Assembly (NCBI RefSeq): GCF_018350175.1
Contig: NC_058373.1
Coordinates: forward strand, 117,182,001-117,246,000
Length of the DNA stretch: 64,000 nucleotides
Source of the DNA: Felis catus
Taxonomy: Eukaryota
Direction of reading: 5' to 3'
In this document: positions 35,831-49,002 of the stretch, piece after piece
Layout of the letters: each line of letters starts with the position of its first letter
Position numbering within the stretch: the stretch's first letter is position 1
Translations under genes and position numbers: made by a program
Notes under the pieces: model-generated
Database searches by the model: none
The model's input: the letters and a program-made list of their open reading frames with translations, nothing else
What the model was told of the DNA's origin: nothing

Positions 35831-36366
35831 TGCACTGAGATTCCTCTCCCCTGGCACCAGTGTCCAGGGTGCCCAGTGACCTTCCCTTCCTTCCCTTTCT
35901 GGATCCACACCTCCAACTTCATCTGCCCAGCGTGGTTGTAGCTTATGTCTTTGACTTTATTTCTTCCACCTTCTACTCATTATTTTAAATTGTATTTTCT
36001 CTGTTCTCCTTGTATGCTTTTACTGTTTTTACCAGTGGTTGTAAATCTCCTTTACCCCTAGTAATTTGGTAATTCAATGTATCTGTTTAGGGCAATGCTC
36101 CACTTCCTGTTTTCAATAGCAGTATATCAAACTGTATCTTTCCCCTGATATACCAAAATTGAAGACCTTCCTAGACGCCCTCCCTCCCCTCCCTCCCTCA
36201 ACTCAAGTGTTTATTATCATGCTCCTAATCCACACACTCTTCTGCTATTGAAGTTGAGCATTTAGGAGGCTCCTGTGTCCTTAATTTGTCCTTATTTCTT
36301 CCTTAAAAATTCTGCGGCTAGTTGAATTAATTTAGAATATTAGTTTTAAGATAACTGTTAACATTT

Positions 36367-36471
36367 GGGGCATGTGCCTGGCTCAGTTGGTGGAGCATGT
36401 GACTCTTGATCTCAGGGTCATGAGTTTGAGCCCCACGCTGGGTATGGAGCTTACTTAAGAAAAAAAAAAAA
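36367..36471 (+). mobile_element. Short ancestral-type Can-SINE (tRNA-Lys-like head plus poly(A))
   Basis: ggctcagttggtggagcatgtgactcttgatctcagggtcatgagtttgagccccacgctggg followed by an A tail. Confidence 0.88.
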
Positions 36472-36932
36472 GATGCCATTAACTTTGTAATTTTTTTTAC
36501 AGCATGCTTCTGTTGTTTAAAGAATCGAAGCCTTTTAAACACATCATTAGTCACATTTACATTCTCTAGTTGATTTGACTACATTATCATATATTTAACC
36601 TATTTTTGCACTCATAATCTAACTCTTGAGATCTTTTAATTTTTTTATTGGGATGGTTTCTTAGAGCCCACTGTTGGTATCCTTTTTTGAGTTTATTTCT
36701 AAAAGTATCTTTTTCCCTCAGCTGTGTGGTCTTGGAGTGCCCTTCTTCTCCTCCACAGGTGTGAAAACACTGCTTCATTGTCCACCATCCAGTGTTGCAG
36801 ATGAGAAGTTTGATGTTAGATGAATTAGTTTTCCTTTTTAAGTTATTTGTTCTGACTTCAGGAAGATCGCAGGATTTTCCCCTTTATCTTTGAAGAAATT
36901 TCTCCAAAATATGTCCAGGTGTTGTCGCCGCC

Positions 36933-36958
36933 TTCTCCCCCTCCTCCTCCTCCTCCTC

Positions 36959-36989
<31 letters not shown>

Positions 36990-37023
36990 TTCTTCTTCTT
37001 CTTCTTCTTCTTCTTCTTCTTCT
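36933..37023. repeat. Compound (CTC)n(CTT)n trinucleotide repeat
   Basis: Pure pyrimidine tract with about 18 uninterrupted CTT units at 36968-37023. Confidence 0.97.
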
Positions 37024-37137
37024 ATCAAGCCTTACTAGGATGTCTAAGCATTTTGCTTTCGTTTTTGTTTTTTATTCTGAAAATGCAAGTCTGTCTTTGA
37101 CTCAGTAAAGCTTTTCAATCTGAAAACTGAAGTTTTA

Positions 37138-37371
37138 TTTTTTTTTTTTATTTAAAAAATTTTTTTTTTACATTTATTTATTTTTGAGACAGAGAGAGAC
37201 AAAGCATGAACGGGGGAGGGGCAGAGAGAGAGGGAGACACAGAATAGGAAACAGGCTCCAGGCTCCGAGCCATCAGCCCAGAGCCCCATGCGGGGCTCGA
37301 ACTCACGGACCGCGAGATCGTGACCTGGGCTGAAGTCGGACGCTCAACCGACTGAGCCACCCAGGCGCCCC
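37138..37371 (-). mobile_element. Felid SINEC_Fc
   Basis: Perfect 17-bp TSD tgaaaactgaagtttta at 37121-37137 and 37372-37388. Confidence 0.97.
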
Positions 37372-37900
37372 TGAAAACTGAAGTTTTAACATCAGGAAAG
37401 CTTTCTTCTACTTTAAAAAATTACTGCCACACCTGATTTTCTCCTTTTATTTGTCTACATGGTTTTTCCAAAATAAAACAAACAAAAAAAACCCCACTCG
37501 TAACAGTATAGAAAATACTGTGGTAGGTTCTCATTTAGCCCAGGCAAGAGTTAACTGTTAACCTTTTGTCATATTTGTTTCAAATATTTTTTGAAAGTAT
37601 AGCATATATTAAAATATCTAGAAGCCTAGAGTTTGAGCCATTCAATCATTTCTTCATTGTACTTAGACTGTTATTTGTGAATTAGAGAAGATGAGATAGA
37701 AGGAATGCCAGTAACAGCAGAAAGAAGTCTCAGGGGGCATAAAATGCATATTTTACACTTTCAATGAAATGAATCCTTGGTCTCAATATTGTTTTATAAA
37801 TACTTATAATACACAACACAGTAGGAGTGTTGTATCAGGATGCTTAGGCTACAGGTTACAGACAACCCCATCTCCAGTTGGGATAAAAAGAAATAAAACT

Positions 37901-38137
37901 GGGGGCACCTGGGTGGCTCAGTCGGTTAAGCGTCCGACTTTGGCTCAGGTCATGATCTCTCAGTCTGTGAGTTCAAGCCCCACGTCAGGCTCTGTACTGA
38001 CAGCTCAGAATCTGGAGCCTGCTTTGGATCCTATGCCTCCCTCTCTCTCTGCCCTACCTCTGCTTGTGCTCTGTCTCTCTTTGTCTTTCAAAATTGAATA
38101 AATACTAAAAAAAAAAAAAAAAGAATTAAAAGAAAAA
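37901..38137 (+). mobile_element. Can-SINE
   Basis: TSD aaagaaa(t/c)aaaac. Confidence 0.95.
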
Positions 38138-38181
38138 AAAGAAACAAAACCGTTCCTCTCCAATAACAAGGGCTACTTAGC

Positions 38182-38299
38182 TTTTTTTTTTTTTAATTCC
38201 TGTGTAGTTAACATGCAGTGTTATATTCGTTTCAGAGATACAATATAGTGATTAGGCTACTTTATCTATTACTCAGTGCTCTGCACAATAAGTGTACTC
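38182..38299 (-). mobile_element. Very short carnivore L1 3' end
   Basis: Poly(T) then aattcctgtgtagttaacatgcagtgttatatt...; TSD gggcta(ct/tt)(t/c)agctt. Confidence 0.8.
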
Positions 38300-39439
38300 A
38301 GGGGCTATTCAGCTTTACCTCGGACCAGGCCCTCATGTGGTCACATTGTGGGTAAAACAATTCATAGGTGTGAATACACCTGGATCCTCAGCTCCGGATG
38401 TAACAATGTCCTCAAAAATGAGAAATGCCATTTGCCTTTTGTATTTCTTATTTCTGAGTGAGGAAATCTACCTAGGGATTGAGGTAGTCTGGAAGACAGA
38501 GGGGAGGTCTTTATACTAGTGAACAGAGATGTTCACCAGTACCTTTACCTCCAAGCATCAGGGTTGAGAATTGGTGAAAATTCTCATTGCCAAAAAGAGC
38601 CAGAGCCATGTGATGAAATCCCACATTGCGTGGACCCTTGCATTTCCCCCCCTCCTCAGAACTGTGGTTTTGGAATTAGTAATAGACTAGAACTTCTGGA
38701 TTCAGCGGTTAAGGGTCTTCTACAAGTCCTAGCTCAACTGCTTTGAGAAATTTTTTCAGCATTGGGTCTTTCATCTGCAAAAATTAAAAAGTTGAATTAT
38801 GAAATCACACAGGTCCTGTAATTCCCCTTGCCTCAGATAGAAAGTAGATAGTTTTCTGAGTTCAAGAGATTACATGATTATGATGGTAGCTACACTGAAC
38901 ATTTGCTTGTGCCTTTATTATTTTTAACAGTCCAGGGGAAGTCTATCAGCTGAAATCTCTCAAGCCTGCATATATCTTGTCAAAGCTCATTTATTGATTT
39001 TTCAGTTGAACATATATAAAAACAGAGACCAAAGTTAATTTGTATGGCATTGTGGCTGCTTGACTCCCTGAAGCCTGAGTTGTTGGGAAATAATAAACTA
39101 AGTAGTAAAATATTTAAGTATTTGACCAGGTGGACAGCCTTTCTGGAAGGATCATATGTTTGTGCACTTGATATTTAACCTCACATGCCCTGGCCATACC
39201 CCTAATTTGTTTCCAGGGGAAATCTGATACATAAGGAGCCCCCCACCTTGGGTAGGATTATGTTCGCTATCAGCATGGATGTATGCTGGTTACCTATAAT
39301 GTACTTGATTTGGAGTAACTTTCTTGCTTCCGGAACATGGTGGAGACTCTAGATTTGTAGAATGACTTAGGGTGATTCCCATCGGAACAGTAGGGCATGA
39401 GGAGAGGGGCTCGAGAACGCAAAAGAGAAAGGAGTTCAC

Positions 39440-39650
39440 GCTTATGGAGTGCCTTCTGCACAATAGCCACTGAGAAATTTTATTTTAACCCCATCAGGTG
39501 ATTATCATTACCTTAATTTGTGTGTGAGGAAATTGTGGCCCAGAGAGATGGAGTACCTGGCCCAGTGTCTCCAGTATTATTTGGTAAAGCAGCGATTCTA
39601 ACCCAGGGCTGTCTGGCTGCGTCTAGAAGCGCTGCGTACCACGCCTGCAT
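39440..39650 (-). mobile_element. MIR
   Basis: gtgaggaaattgtggcccagagagatggagtacctggcccagtgtc...gattctaacccaggg. Confidence 0.7.
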
Positions 39651-40220
39651 ATGAGACCAGATTCCTGTCCAGGGGCTCTCCTGGTCCACCAATGTTTCAG
39701 CAAAGAGATTATTTCCAAGAGTGCAGACAGTGGGGCTATGCTTTAATAGGAAGAGAACAAGCAACAGAAGGGTTAAAATGATCCTCGTGAGAAGGAACTT
39801 TCTTGACTCAACGCATGTTATCTTTGCTTCATGGCACAAGAAGTGAGAGAAGTTTGTCTTCCTTGGGCTCTCTTATATTTCCTTTTGTCCTTCCTTTCTT
39901 GCATCTAATGCTGAGACTGATGTTTATTTCTGTCCTTTTGTCTTAGAGACGTACTAAAGTCATTTTTTTTTTTTAATCTTGGAAATAAAATACAGTGAAT
40001 GATTACTGTCTTAGAGAAGACTCAGGTTAAGCTGTGTGCACACCCAGAAAAGTATCAGGGCTGACCGGTTCCTGCCTCCTGCTCTCTACTGCTAAGATAC
40101 TGTGGAGGTCAAAGCAGTTTTCCTAAAATGTCCCAGGCTTCAGAGACATTTGCCGCAGGACACCTGTGCCCTCCCTTGTCCTAAAGGCATCAGAGTTTTT
40201 CTCCCCTAGTGTTTGGCTTA

Positions 40221-40450
40221 TTTAAAAAAAAAAAAAAATTTTTTTTTAATGTTTACTTATTTTTGAGACAGAGAGAGACAGAGCATGAACGGGGGAGGGG
40301 CAGAGAGAGAGGGAGACACAGAATCGGAAGCAGGCTCCAGGCTCCGAGCCATCAGCCCAGAGCCCGACGCGGGGCTCGAACTCCCGGATCGCGAGATCGT
40401 GACCTGAGCTGAAGTCAGACGCTTAACCGACTGCGCCACCCAGGCGCCCC
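40221..40450 (-). mobile_element. Felid SINEC_Fc
   Basis: Near-consensus antisense SINE. Confidence 0.96.
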
Positions 40451-40838
40451 TGGCTTTCTTATTTTTAATTGATGACAACCTGGTTGTTGGGATTCTTCCC
40501 TTTGCATTCATGCCTTGAGCCCTGACCTCCAAGGGAAGCTGTACAGATATTTTTCTTCAGGCTGGATATTTTTCTACTTAGTAACTGTGACAGTGTTCCC
40601 AGAAATACTTTTCTTGCTATTAAGGGCTCTCCCTTTCTTATGTGCTCCTACAACTTCTGTCTTCACCCTCCTACACTTTATAAGTATTAGCATATTTAAT
40701 TTTTCCCCCTCAAAAAAATCTATACCTGAAGGCTGACCAGAAGATTTATGGGGCTTGTTTCAAGGCGTGCTCTGACATATCTGAAGTTGACCCATTCCTC
40801 TGCAATTAAAGAGCAGAATAAAATCTCTTCAACTGTTC

Positions 40839-41020
40839 GGGTGCCTGGGTAGCTCAGCTGGTTAAGCATCTGACTCTTGGTTTCAGGTCATGATCTCATG
40901 GTTCTTGAGTTCAAGCCCCACATCAGGCTCCATGCTGACAGCACACGTGTATACCTGCGTGCTCTCTCTCTCTCTCTCTCTCTCTGAAAATAAATAAATA
41001 AACTTTAAAAAGCAATATCT
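40839..41020 (+). mobile_element. Can-SINE with internal deletions
   Basis: Head, (CT)n and A tail present; central segment missing. Confidence 0.88.
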
Positions 41021-41344
41021 AAAAAAAATCTTGTGAACTGCTTCTTAAAAGCATGGAATAATAAATGTAAGTTTTCTAACTGGAAGTTAAAACCAGAAGT
41101 TTTCTTTTTGATTCAATCAGCTAAATCAGTGAACTAAATAATGCCTGAATATTTGTAGCTAATGAGCAAGGCTCTCCTGAACACTTAATTGTCCTGACCA
41201 GGAAATACCTAAACCCCATTTCCCCTGAGGCATTTACTATCATGTGTTCTTAGGACCATACTTCTAAAATAGTGAATTAGGGAGACTTGGAATATTTTAT
41301 TGTGAGTATTTTGCCTTCTTCATCAGGTAAGATGAAATGAATTT

Positions 41345-41562
41345 ATTTACTTATTTATTTAGCGTTATTTTTTTAAAGTTTATTTTGAGAGAAAGAGTAC
41401 AAGCAGGAGAAGGGCAGAGAGAGGGAGAGAGAGAATCCCAAGCAGGCTCTGCGCTGTCAGCACAGAGCCCAGTGAGGGATTCCATCTCGCAAATTGTGAG
41501 ATCATGACCTGAACTAAAATCAAGAGCCAGATGCCCAACTGACTGAGCCACCCAGATGCCCC
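41345..41562 (-). mobile_element. Can-SINE
   Basis: TSD agatgaaatg(a/c)att. Confidence 0.93.
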
Positions 41563-41592
41563 GAGATGAAATGCATTAAAAAAAAAAAAAAG

Positions 41593-41900
41593 TGGAACTC
41601 AATGGAATATTATGAAGATGTGAAACTTGAGTAGAGATACACTCAACACAGATAAATTTTAGTGATGACTGAGTGAAAAAGAAAGTTCCAGAAGAATACA
41701 ATGTGTATGCCTTTTCCATAGAACTCAGAAATATGAAAACTTCTACAACACCCCTCCCACACTTTTTTAAGAAGGAAAGGAATGCACAAATCAGAATAGT
41801 GGTTACAGCAGGTATGGGGTGAGCATATGAGTAACTATTGGTTTGTTCTCATTTTTTGGGTTAAGTCATAGGCTCATGGTTCTTCATTATATTATTAAAA
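41593..41900 (+). mobile_element. L1ME-like 3' fragment
   Basis: caatggaatattat...actgagtgaaaaagaaagttccagaagaataca...cagaatagtggttac. Confidence 0.65.
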
Positions 41901-42032
41901 CTAAATGTTTTGAAGGCCCCATGTGGACCAAGGAGGATCATTTCTCGTGATTATGAATAACTTGTTCTGATCATGCAAGATCTTTTCAAGCAAGTCACCT
42001 GGATGAGCTCATCCCTTCCAGATTTGGGATTT

Positions 42033-42246
42033 AACAAAAAAAATTTTTTTAACATTTTTATTTATTTTTGAGAGACAGAGCACAAGCGGGGCAGGGGCAG
42101 AGAGAGAGGGAGACACAGAATCCAAAGCAGGCTCCAGGCTCCGAGCTGTCAGCACAGAGCCCGACGTGGGGCTCGAACCCACAAACTGTGAGATCCTGAC
42201 CTGAGCTGAAGTCAGATGCTCAACTGACTGAGCCACCCAGGCGCCC
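42033..42246 (-). mobile_element. Can-SINE
   Basis: TSD agatttgggattt. Confidence 0.95.
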
Positions 42247-42312
42247 AGATTTGGGATTTTTAAAGTTTCTGCTATTCCCTATTTGTATCTGTGACTATAA
42301 TCTTAAGGGAAC

Positions 42313-42747
42313 AGTTAAAGAAAAAATTATTCAGTCACTTGTTAAAGATGATAAGGAGGGCTTTATTCAAGGAGGGGCTACTACAGCAGAATTTTGCAAT
42401 AGGGGAGAGATACCGGGCCCAGCTCTGATTATGGCAAGGCCAAGTGGTGATTTATAGCCAAGGAGCAGGGTGAGTGGGCAGAAAATGAGGAAGGGCAAAC
42501 AAACATCAGGGGCAAGGAGGATTCTTGGGGAAGGCAGATTGGGGCAAACTCGAAGGTGGGAGATAAAGAATTTGGTCAGATATCAAGGGTGATTAGATAC
42601 AGAGGTGGGAGATTTTTCACTAAATGGTCTCAGAGTATTCTTGCTAAAACCGGAATAAGCAGGCCGAGGACAGAATCCAAGAGCAATGCCTCTTCCAAAA
42701 GAGGACTCAGAGGAGTCTAAGGCTTGATAAGGAGATAGTCTTTGTCA
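42313..42747 (-). mobile_element. ERV1 solo LTR, MER31-like
   Basis: Reverse complement begins tgacaaagactatctcctt and contains ttttagcaagaat, cccttgatatctga and aataaa; 4-bp TSD gaac/gagc. Confidence 0.8.
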
Positions 42748-43120
42748 GAGCCAACTGACTTCTAGCTACTAATGAAAGAAATGAAGGTCAGAGAAATCTT
42801 GGAACCGCCATGGGCCAGGTGGGAGTGGGCGAGCCACAAGATAAAGGCTGGGGAGCGAGTGAGAATTAGTGCTTTGGGCTCAGCAAAGAAAAGACCAGAA
42901 GACCAGAATCTTATTGGACCATCTCTTTCTGTGCACTGAAGATGGAACTTTGTTTTTAAAAATAAAGGCTGTTGCCCCTTGCCTCTGTGTCGCCAGCTGC
43001 CTTTGGTGGCAGAGTTTTGATTCCGTGGCGTCCTTTGCTCATCAGTGATCTTTGGGACACGTTGTGCTCATAAGAAATAAACATGGGTGCCATTCACTTG
43101 AATCAGCAATGAAACTGCCA

Positions 43121-43352
43121 GGGGCGCCTGGGTGGCGCAGTCGGTTAAGCGTCCGACTTCAGCCAGGTCACGATCTCGCGGTCCGTGAGTTCGAGCCCCG
43201 CGTCGGGCTCTGGGCTGACGGCTCGGAGCCTGGAGCCTGTTTCCGATTCTGTGTATCCCTCTCTCTCTGCCCCTCCCCCGTTCATGCTCTGTCTCTCTCT
43301 GTCCCAAAAATAAATAAAAACGTTGGAAAAAAAATTAAAAAAAAAAAAAAAA
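43121..43352 (+). mobile_element. Young felid SINEC_Fc
   Basis: Near-consensus; TSD aatgaaactg(c/t)ca. Confidence 0.97.
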
Positions 43353-43589
43353 GAATGAAACTGTCAGCTGCAACGCATTCCCATTTCCCATGAGCACATA
43401 AATGTATTTCGGAGTGACCAGCTCCTCGGCTATGCAGGCTTTTTCCTTCGCCTGTTTCAGGTCCTGGCAGATGTCAGCTCAGCGTTTACCACGTATCACG
43501 ACGTTTCCATTAAGGCTTCCGCTCTCCTTGGTGAAACAGAAGAGGGATTTCATTTGAAATGATTCATTAAAATAGTTTCACTTACAGTT

Positions 43590-44270
43590 ACTGACATTGT
43601 CACCATTATCTTTTGTCTGGACAACGGTGAGGTCTCTCTGCTCCCGTCTCCCCCCTCCCCCAAACCCTCACCTCTCTGCCTTCCTAGCCCATTTCTGTCC
43701 TCAGCCAGAGTGATCAGTTGAAGGCTTAAATGAGACCAGATCATTCTCTCGCTCAAAAAACTCTCCAGTGGTTGCCCACTGGCCTTAGAATAACGTCTGC
43801 ATTTTTATCGCGTGCTCCCGGGCTCACTGCAGTCTGGCCCCTGCCTGTGGTCCCCACCTCGCGCCGCTTCGCCCCTCGTTCTGTGTTCTCAGTACCCGGG
43901 CCTTCTTTCTGTTCTGCAATGGCCCTGAGCTCCTTCTCTCCTCAAGGCCTTTGCACATGCTGTTCCCTCTGCTAAAATGTTCCTGCTCTGGATCTTTGCC
44001 CAGCTGTTGTGTTTCCATCATCCCGCAGTGGGTCTTCCCTAGCCCCTGGCCTAAAGCGGCCCCAGCCCCACCTCGAGGGATACTATCTCATTGTACCTTT
44101 GTGTTCTCTTCACTGCATTTACTACTCGCTGATATTATTCTTGATATTATCCTGGTCCCGTGTGCCCCAGTGAGAATTAATTTCCACGAGGAGAACTGGA
44201 ATGTTAATAGGATTGCCATTGGGTTCCCAGTGCCTCGGACAGTGCCTGGCACATAGAAACTGTCCGGGAA
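43590..44270 (+). mobile_element. L2 3' region
   Basis: cagccagagtgatc...aaactctccagtgg...ggcctttgcacatgctgttccctctgc...cagtgcctggcacatag. Confidence 0.85.
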
Positions 44271-45165
44271 ACGAAAGCAGGACTGAAGATAGAAACTTAC
44301 CTACTGCTCTGTGGGTCTACCGCATGCGTAACCAGATCAGACCGCGTCTAGTGAACATGGGAGAAGCCCTCTGATTTTTCTGGAATAACATAACAAGGGA
44401 TAGGACACAAGCGCACACGGCCGGAACAACACTAAATAATCTTGTGACCCGCTGATATACATTTACGTTTTGCTGAAAGAATTAGGCCAACGTCAGATGA
44501 TCTGAGTTTATATTCCTACACGTTATACATTAGTTTCCTGGTGATCGAAACCGGGTTAATTAGTCTACGCTAGGTGTTTCCTGTTAGGGATTTGAAGATT
44601 ATCTGCTCTATCCAATTTGTTTTTTCTTAGCTGAGGAATCACTGTCGAATTTAAAAAGCAACTTGCCTGGCCCTGTTTCCTGATCTTTTGATGGAAATGT
44701 TTTAGTGGGGAAAAAAATGTTTACTAGAAGCAGGTAATGAAATCATTTCATGTATTTTTTTTTTTATGCGAATGCTTTTTGCATTCCTTGGAGGGATAAC
44801 TCCGTGGCATAAAGCAGGGAGGAAGATTCTCATGTCATTTCCCAGCCTCCTTCCCTGGCCACATCTGGAGCTTCTTCTTCTTCTTTTTTTTTTTTTTTTT
44901 AAAGCAACTCACAGATCAGTGCGGGTGGGAGCTCCTTGGGTTTGCATGGGACAGTCCTTCCTTCTCCCTTCGCCAACTGCGATCCCCACAGCAGGGCTCT
45001 AATTCCCCAGGGAAGGAGGCTGCCGGGCAGGGAGAGCAGAAGCGGCCTTATAGCTCACTGATACTTTTAGTAGGGAATGTTGTAAAATGTTAGGTAAATG
45101 CAACACATCCAGTTTTACTAATAGTATAAATTCTTTAAGGAATTTAATGTCTTGTTCTTCAATTC

Positions 45166-45381
45166 TTTTTTTAAAGTTTATTTATTTATTTTGAGACAGC
45201 GAATATTACGTGTGCACATGCACACATACGCAGGGGAGGGGCAGAGAGAAGGAGACAGAGAGAATCCCAAGCAGACTCCGTGCTAAGCTGACTTGGGGCT
45301 TGAGCTCACAAACCGTGAGATCATGACCCGAGCTGAAATCAAGGGATGGACCCAAAACTGACTGAGCCACCCAGGCACCCC
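45166..45381 (-). mobile_element. Can-SINE
   Basis: Antisense SINE body. Confidence 0.9.
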
Positions 45382-48021
45382 AGGGAACTCAATTTCTACA
45401 CCGTAACTCTGGGGTTCTCATTAAACCAGAGCTTACAGAGATTTGAGAATAAGGTTCTGGTTGTTGACCTAGAGTCTGATAATCTGAATATGAATTCTAA
45501 GTGGAGAAGAGAGGGAGAGAAAGTTTATGTATTGGGCTCTGACATCAGTGTGTGTGTACATCTCGGTCCACCCTCAATTCTGTGTAAGGAAGAACTCCCG
45601 TGTTCCATAGGACAGTTGTGCAAACAGAGCCTCCATGGTTTGGTGCAACTTGTTCGTAAGTGACCGTGCTGGGCCAGCACCTGGATTTACAGGCAAGGTG
45701 CATCCTTTGTCTATTACAGCATACGCTCCCCGGCTCCGTCACTTGGAATTGTACTCTTCACGTATTGACTTCCTCAGGCGTGGAAGGGAGATGACAATGA
45801 GGCATTTCCTCTCTCCCAGGGTGATTTAAAGGTCCGATGCTATGGGAGACAGCTTTGTGAAAACTACGCGAGCTCTACAAACATAAGAATTAACAGAGTA
45901 AGCAGTTAAGTTTTCCTAGCAATTGGAGCCAGAACCCAGACTCCACCACAGTCCCTTTCCCCCCTGCCACTCTTTCCCTTTGTTCTTCTAATCCCTCTCC
46001 TTTAATTCATCTCTTCCCTTCACAGTGACAGTCCTTCCTTCTGTAAGGGTGAAGTTCTGCCCAAGAGGAGGACTGAGCTTTGACCCTAGAACATACCCTC
46101 TTTCTCTGATAGGGCTTTGCCTTCTCCCCTCTGTGTAGACACCAGTTATTTCACAAGCATGTTTGTTGTCTTTGCCCCAGTTAGGAAAAATGCATCCCTT
46201 CTCTGAGGGGATGAGCACACCACAGGCTGATGTTCTTGTTCAGTCAACAACTTGTGCAACTATATTTGGCCAATGAATACTGCTTTGGCAGGGTCATTGG
46301 TGTCTCCCTACTGGAAAAATCTAATAGATATTTCTCACACTTCACCTAAGTTCTTTTTGACATTTGACATGTTTAAGAATTCCTTTGAGAACAACCTCCT
46401 TTCCTTAGTGAAGCTGACACCGGTATCTGGAGTCTCCCCCTAAAGACCTGGTGGTTTCTCTTCACGAGCTTTTCTTCCTCTAGTTGCTTCTAGCTTCTTT
46501 CTTGAGCCCTCCTTTTCCAACATACCACCACCACAACAAAAATTCTTTAAAAGCCTTCAGTAGTGGGTAGAAATAAGACCCAAACTCCTTTGGATTTATG
46601 GTGCCTTCATATTTCTCTTGCTGGTGAAGTTAAATGATCTTTATAGGCAGCTATCCTGTAAATGATGAAGTCCATGTGTGGACCAGCGAACACCGTAGGT
46701 CTTCCTGGAGAAGGTTAATGGGAAGGTAGGGAAGTTTCCACAAAGTTCCCTTTTTGGAGACTTCCAGGCTGGTGTACTTGGTGGGAGGGAGCATTAGCCA
46801 GACCCGGGTTGGCCTCGCTGATGTCCATGCCCTTGACATCTACAAAGAATTGACTCGTGCCTCCAGTGCCACACTCCTCGAGAGTCCTCCTCCCTGTCCA
46901 GTATTTCTCATTTCCGGGGGCCCTACCTCCTCTTGGTCATCTGGGCCCAGGAGTCCTGCCTCAGTGATTTCCACCCAGCAGAACCCTCCCAAGTGAGCAT
47001 TTGTGAGTGTGGCGGGCTTCACTAAAGACGAGGGAGAGGGGGTAACATAAGCATTTAAAATGCAGGGGGGCAGGAGTGTCAATACCAGTGTGAACAGGCT
47101 CTCCAGCCACTCTGGCACCAGAAGGGGACTTTCCACTGGCCGCTTCCCCAGAGTCCTGCTCTGCCCTCCCTGCCTCTCAGACTCCTGGCCTTCTCTCCCT
47201 TGCTTGCTCTCACTCAAAGCCCACGGGCCTTTCCCTGTTGTGTCAGCCTTACCCTGGCCAGCACCCTCCCCTGTGAGCAGAGGAGCCTGGTCACTGCTGA
47301 GGTCCTGTTTTCCCTTGGTCACATGAGGGGGGTATTCAGTGCTCTTAGCTCTTGAAGGGGCACAGTGGACCGAGGGGGCCTTGACCAAATCACTTCAAGT
47401 CCCCGGAGCCTGCTTAACTCATCCTTAAGTAAGGAGGCCACAGGAGCTAAGCTCCGAGCTTCTCTGTGGATCTCCATTTCTATGAGTGTCGTCTCATCTG
47501 AGGTTGGCTATTGAGAATGAAGTTCCTTGCAATTCCTTGGAATCCACGTGGTGTACCTGTATCTGCCATGGAAACTTATTTACTCTTTTCCTTTAAAAAA
47601 AGATAGAAATAGTCTGGCTTCACTTAACTATGCAAATGGCCTAAACAAGCAGGACAGAAACACTGCCAGGAGAGAGGTTGAGGTAGAAAGTGGCCAAGCC
47701 AGGTAGTACGCTGTTTGCCCTAGGCCCCTGTTCTCAGATGGACTCGTTTCTTGGGGACAAGACCATGTTTCTCTGCTATTCAGCTCTTACAAAAGGCAAG
47801 CTTGAGCCATCTGATATTTAAGGGAAATAACAGCAGTCTAAGAAATGTATTAACTTACTCTTCTCTAAACTCTCTTCTGCTAAGTTGAATCATCAAAAAT
47901 CATAACACTTGGACTAGAGGAAGGCCTTTCCTAAGCAGTACAGCTTATGCTTTTGTTGAAGGATTGCTATAGGAAAGGTCCACTTCATAAATATTTTTGC
48001 GGTGTTTCCTTTGTAAAACAT

Positions 48022-48410
48022 AAACTTACTTTGAAACGGTTTTCGATTCACCGAAGAACAGTGAAGGTAGTTCAGAGAGGTCTCATCATACTGTGTATCC
48101 AGTTTTTTAGATATGATTTTATTATTGTTTATTTTATTTTATTATTTCAGATTTTGTTTTCCAGCTATTATTAATATCTTATATTAGAATAATACATTTG
48201 TTATGGTTAATGGACCCATATTGACATATTATCAACTGAAGTCTATACTTTTTTTCATCGTCCTTAGTTTTTACCTAACGTCTTGTTCTACCCTAGGACC
48301 CCACCCAGATTACCATGTTACACTTAGCTATCATGTCTCCAAGTCTCATTAGGGTCCTCTTGTCTATGGCTTATCTCAGACTTCTCTTGTTTTTCCTTAT
48401 GAAATACTCC
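48022..48410 (-). mobile_element. L1MC-like 3' terminus
   Basis: Similar to 2871-3180 (tacatttg...ccttagtttttacctaa...ctcagactt). Confidence 0.75.
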
Positions 48411-48663
48411 AGGCATTCAAAAAAGGTGTGCATGTGTGTGTGCATGTGCACACATGTATGCACGCCTATGGGTGCGGGGGTTGGGGGGTGGAGAATAGAT
48501 ATATAACCACCATTCAGCCTCAGACAGGATTGAAGCCCCATGTGCATCCTTCTCGATCCCATACTCCTTCCCTCTCGAAACACAGACCAGTACCTTAGAT
48601 TTGGTGTTTCTGTCCCATGCCTACTTTGAAACAACTATATATAGTGTTGTGTTCCATATTTTA

Positions 48664-48880
48664 CTTTCCTTATTTATTATTTTTTAACATTTATTCATTT
48701 TTGAGAGACAGAGCATGAGTGGGGAAGGGGAAGAGGGAGAAGGAGACACAGAATCTGAAGCAGGCTCCAGGCTCCGAGCTGTCAGCACAGAGCCCGACGC
48801 GGGGCTCGAACCCACGAACTGTGAGATCATGACCTGAGCTGAAGTCGGACACTCAACCGACTGAGCCACCCAGGTGCCCC
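48664..48880 (-). mobile_element. Can-SINE
   Basis: TSD tgtgttccatatttta. Confidence 0.95.
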
Positions 48881-49002
48881 GTGTGTTCCATATTTTAAAG
48901 GGATACGAATGTTACTCTGTAAGCCTCATTTTGTAGTTTGCTTTTTTTCAAGTAACATACTAAAAAAATCTACATTGCTCCAATTTATTTATTTTAATTT
49001 CT

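Noticed and set aside
36367..36445. tRNA-Lys(CTT)-like sequence
   Set aside because: Degenerate stems and B box, followed by poly(A) and a decayed TSD; a tRNA-derived SINE, not a tRNA gene
36890..37108. Signal-peptide-like poly-Leu ORF
   Set aside because: Translation of the (CTC)n(CTT)n microsatellite
46840..47388. 182-aa minus-strand ORF
   Set aside because: G/S/P-rich with no recognisable motif and a non-ATG start; likely chance
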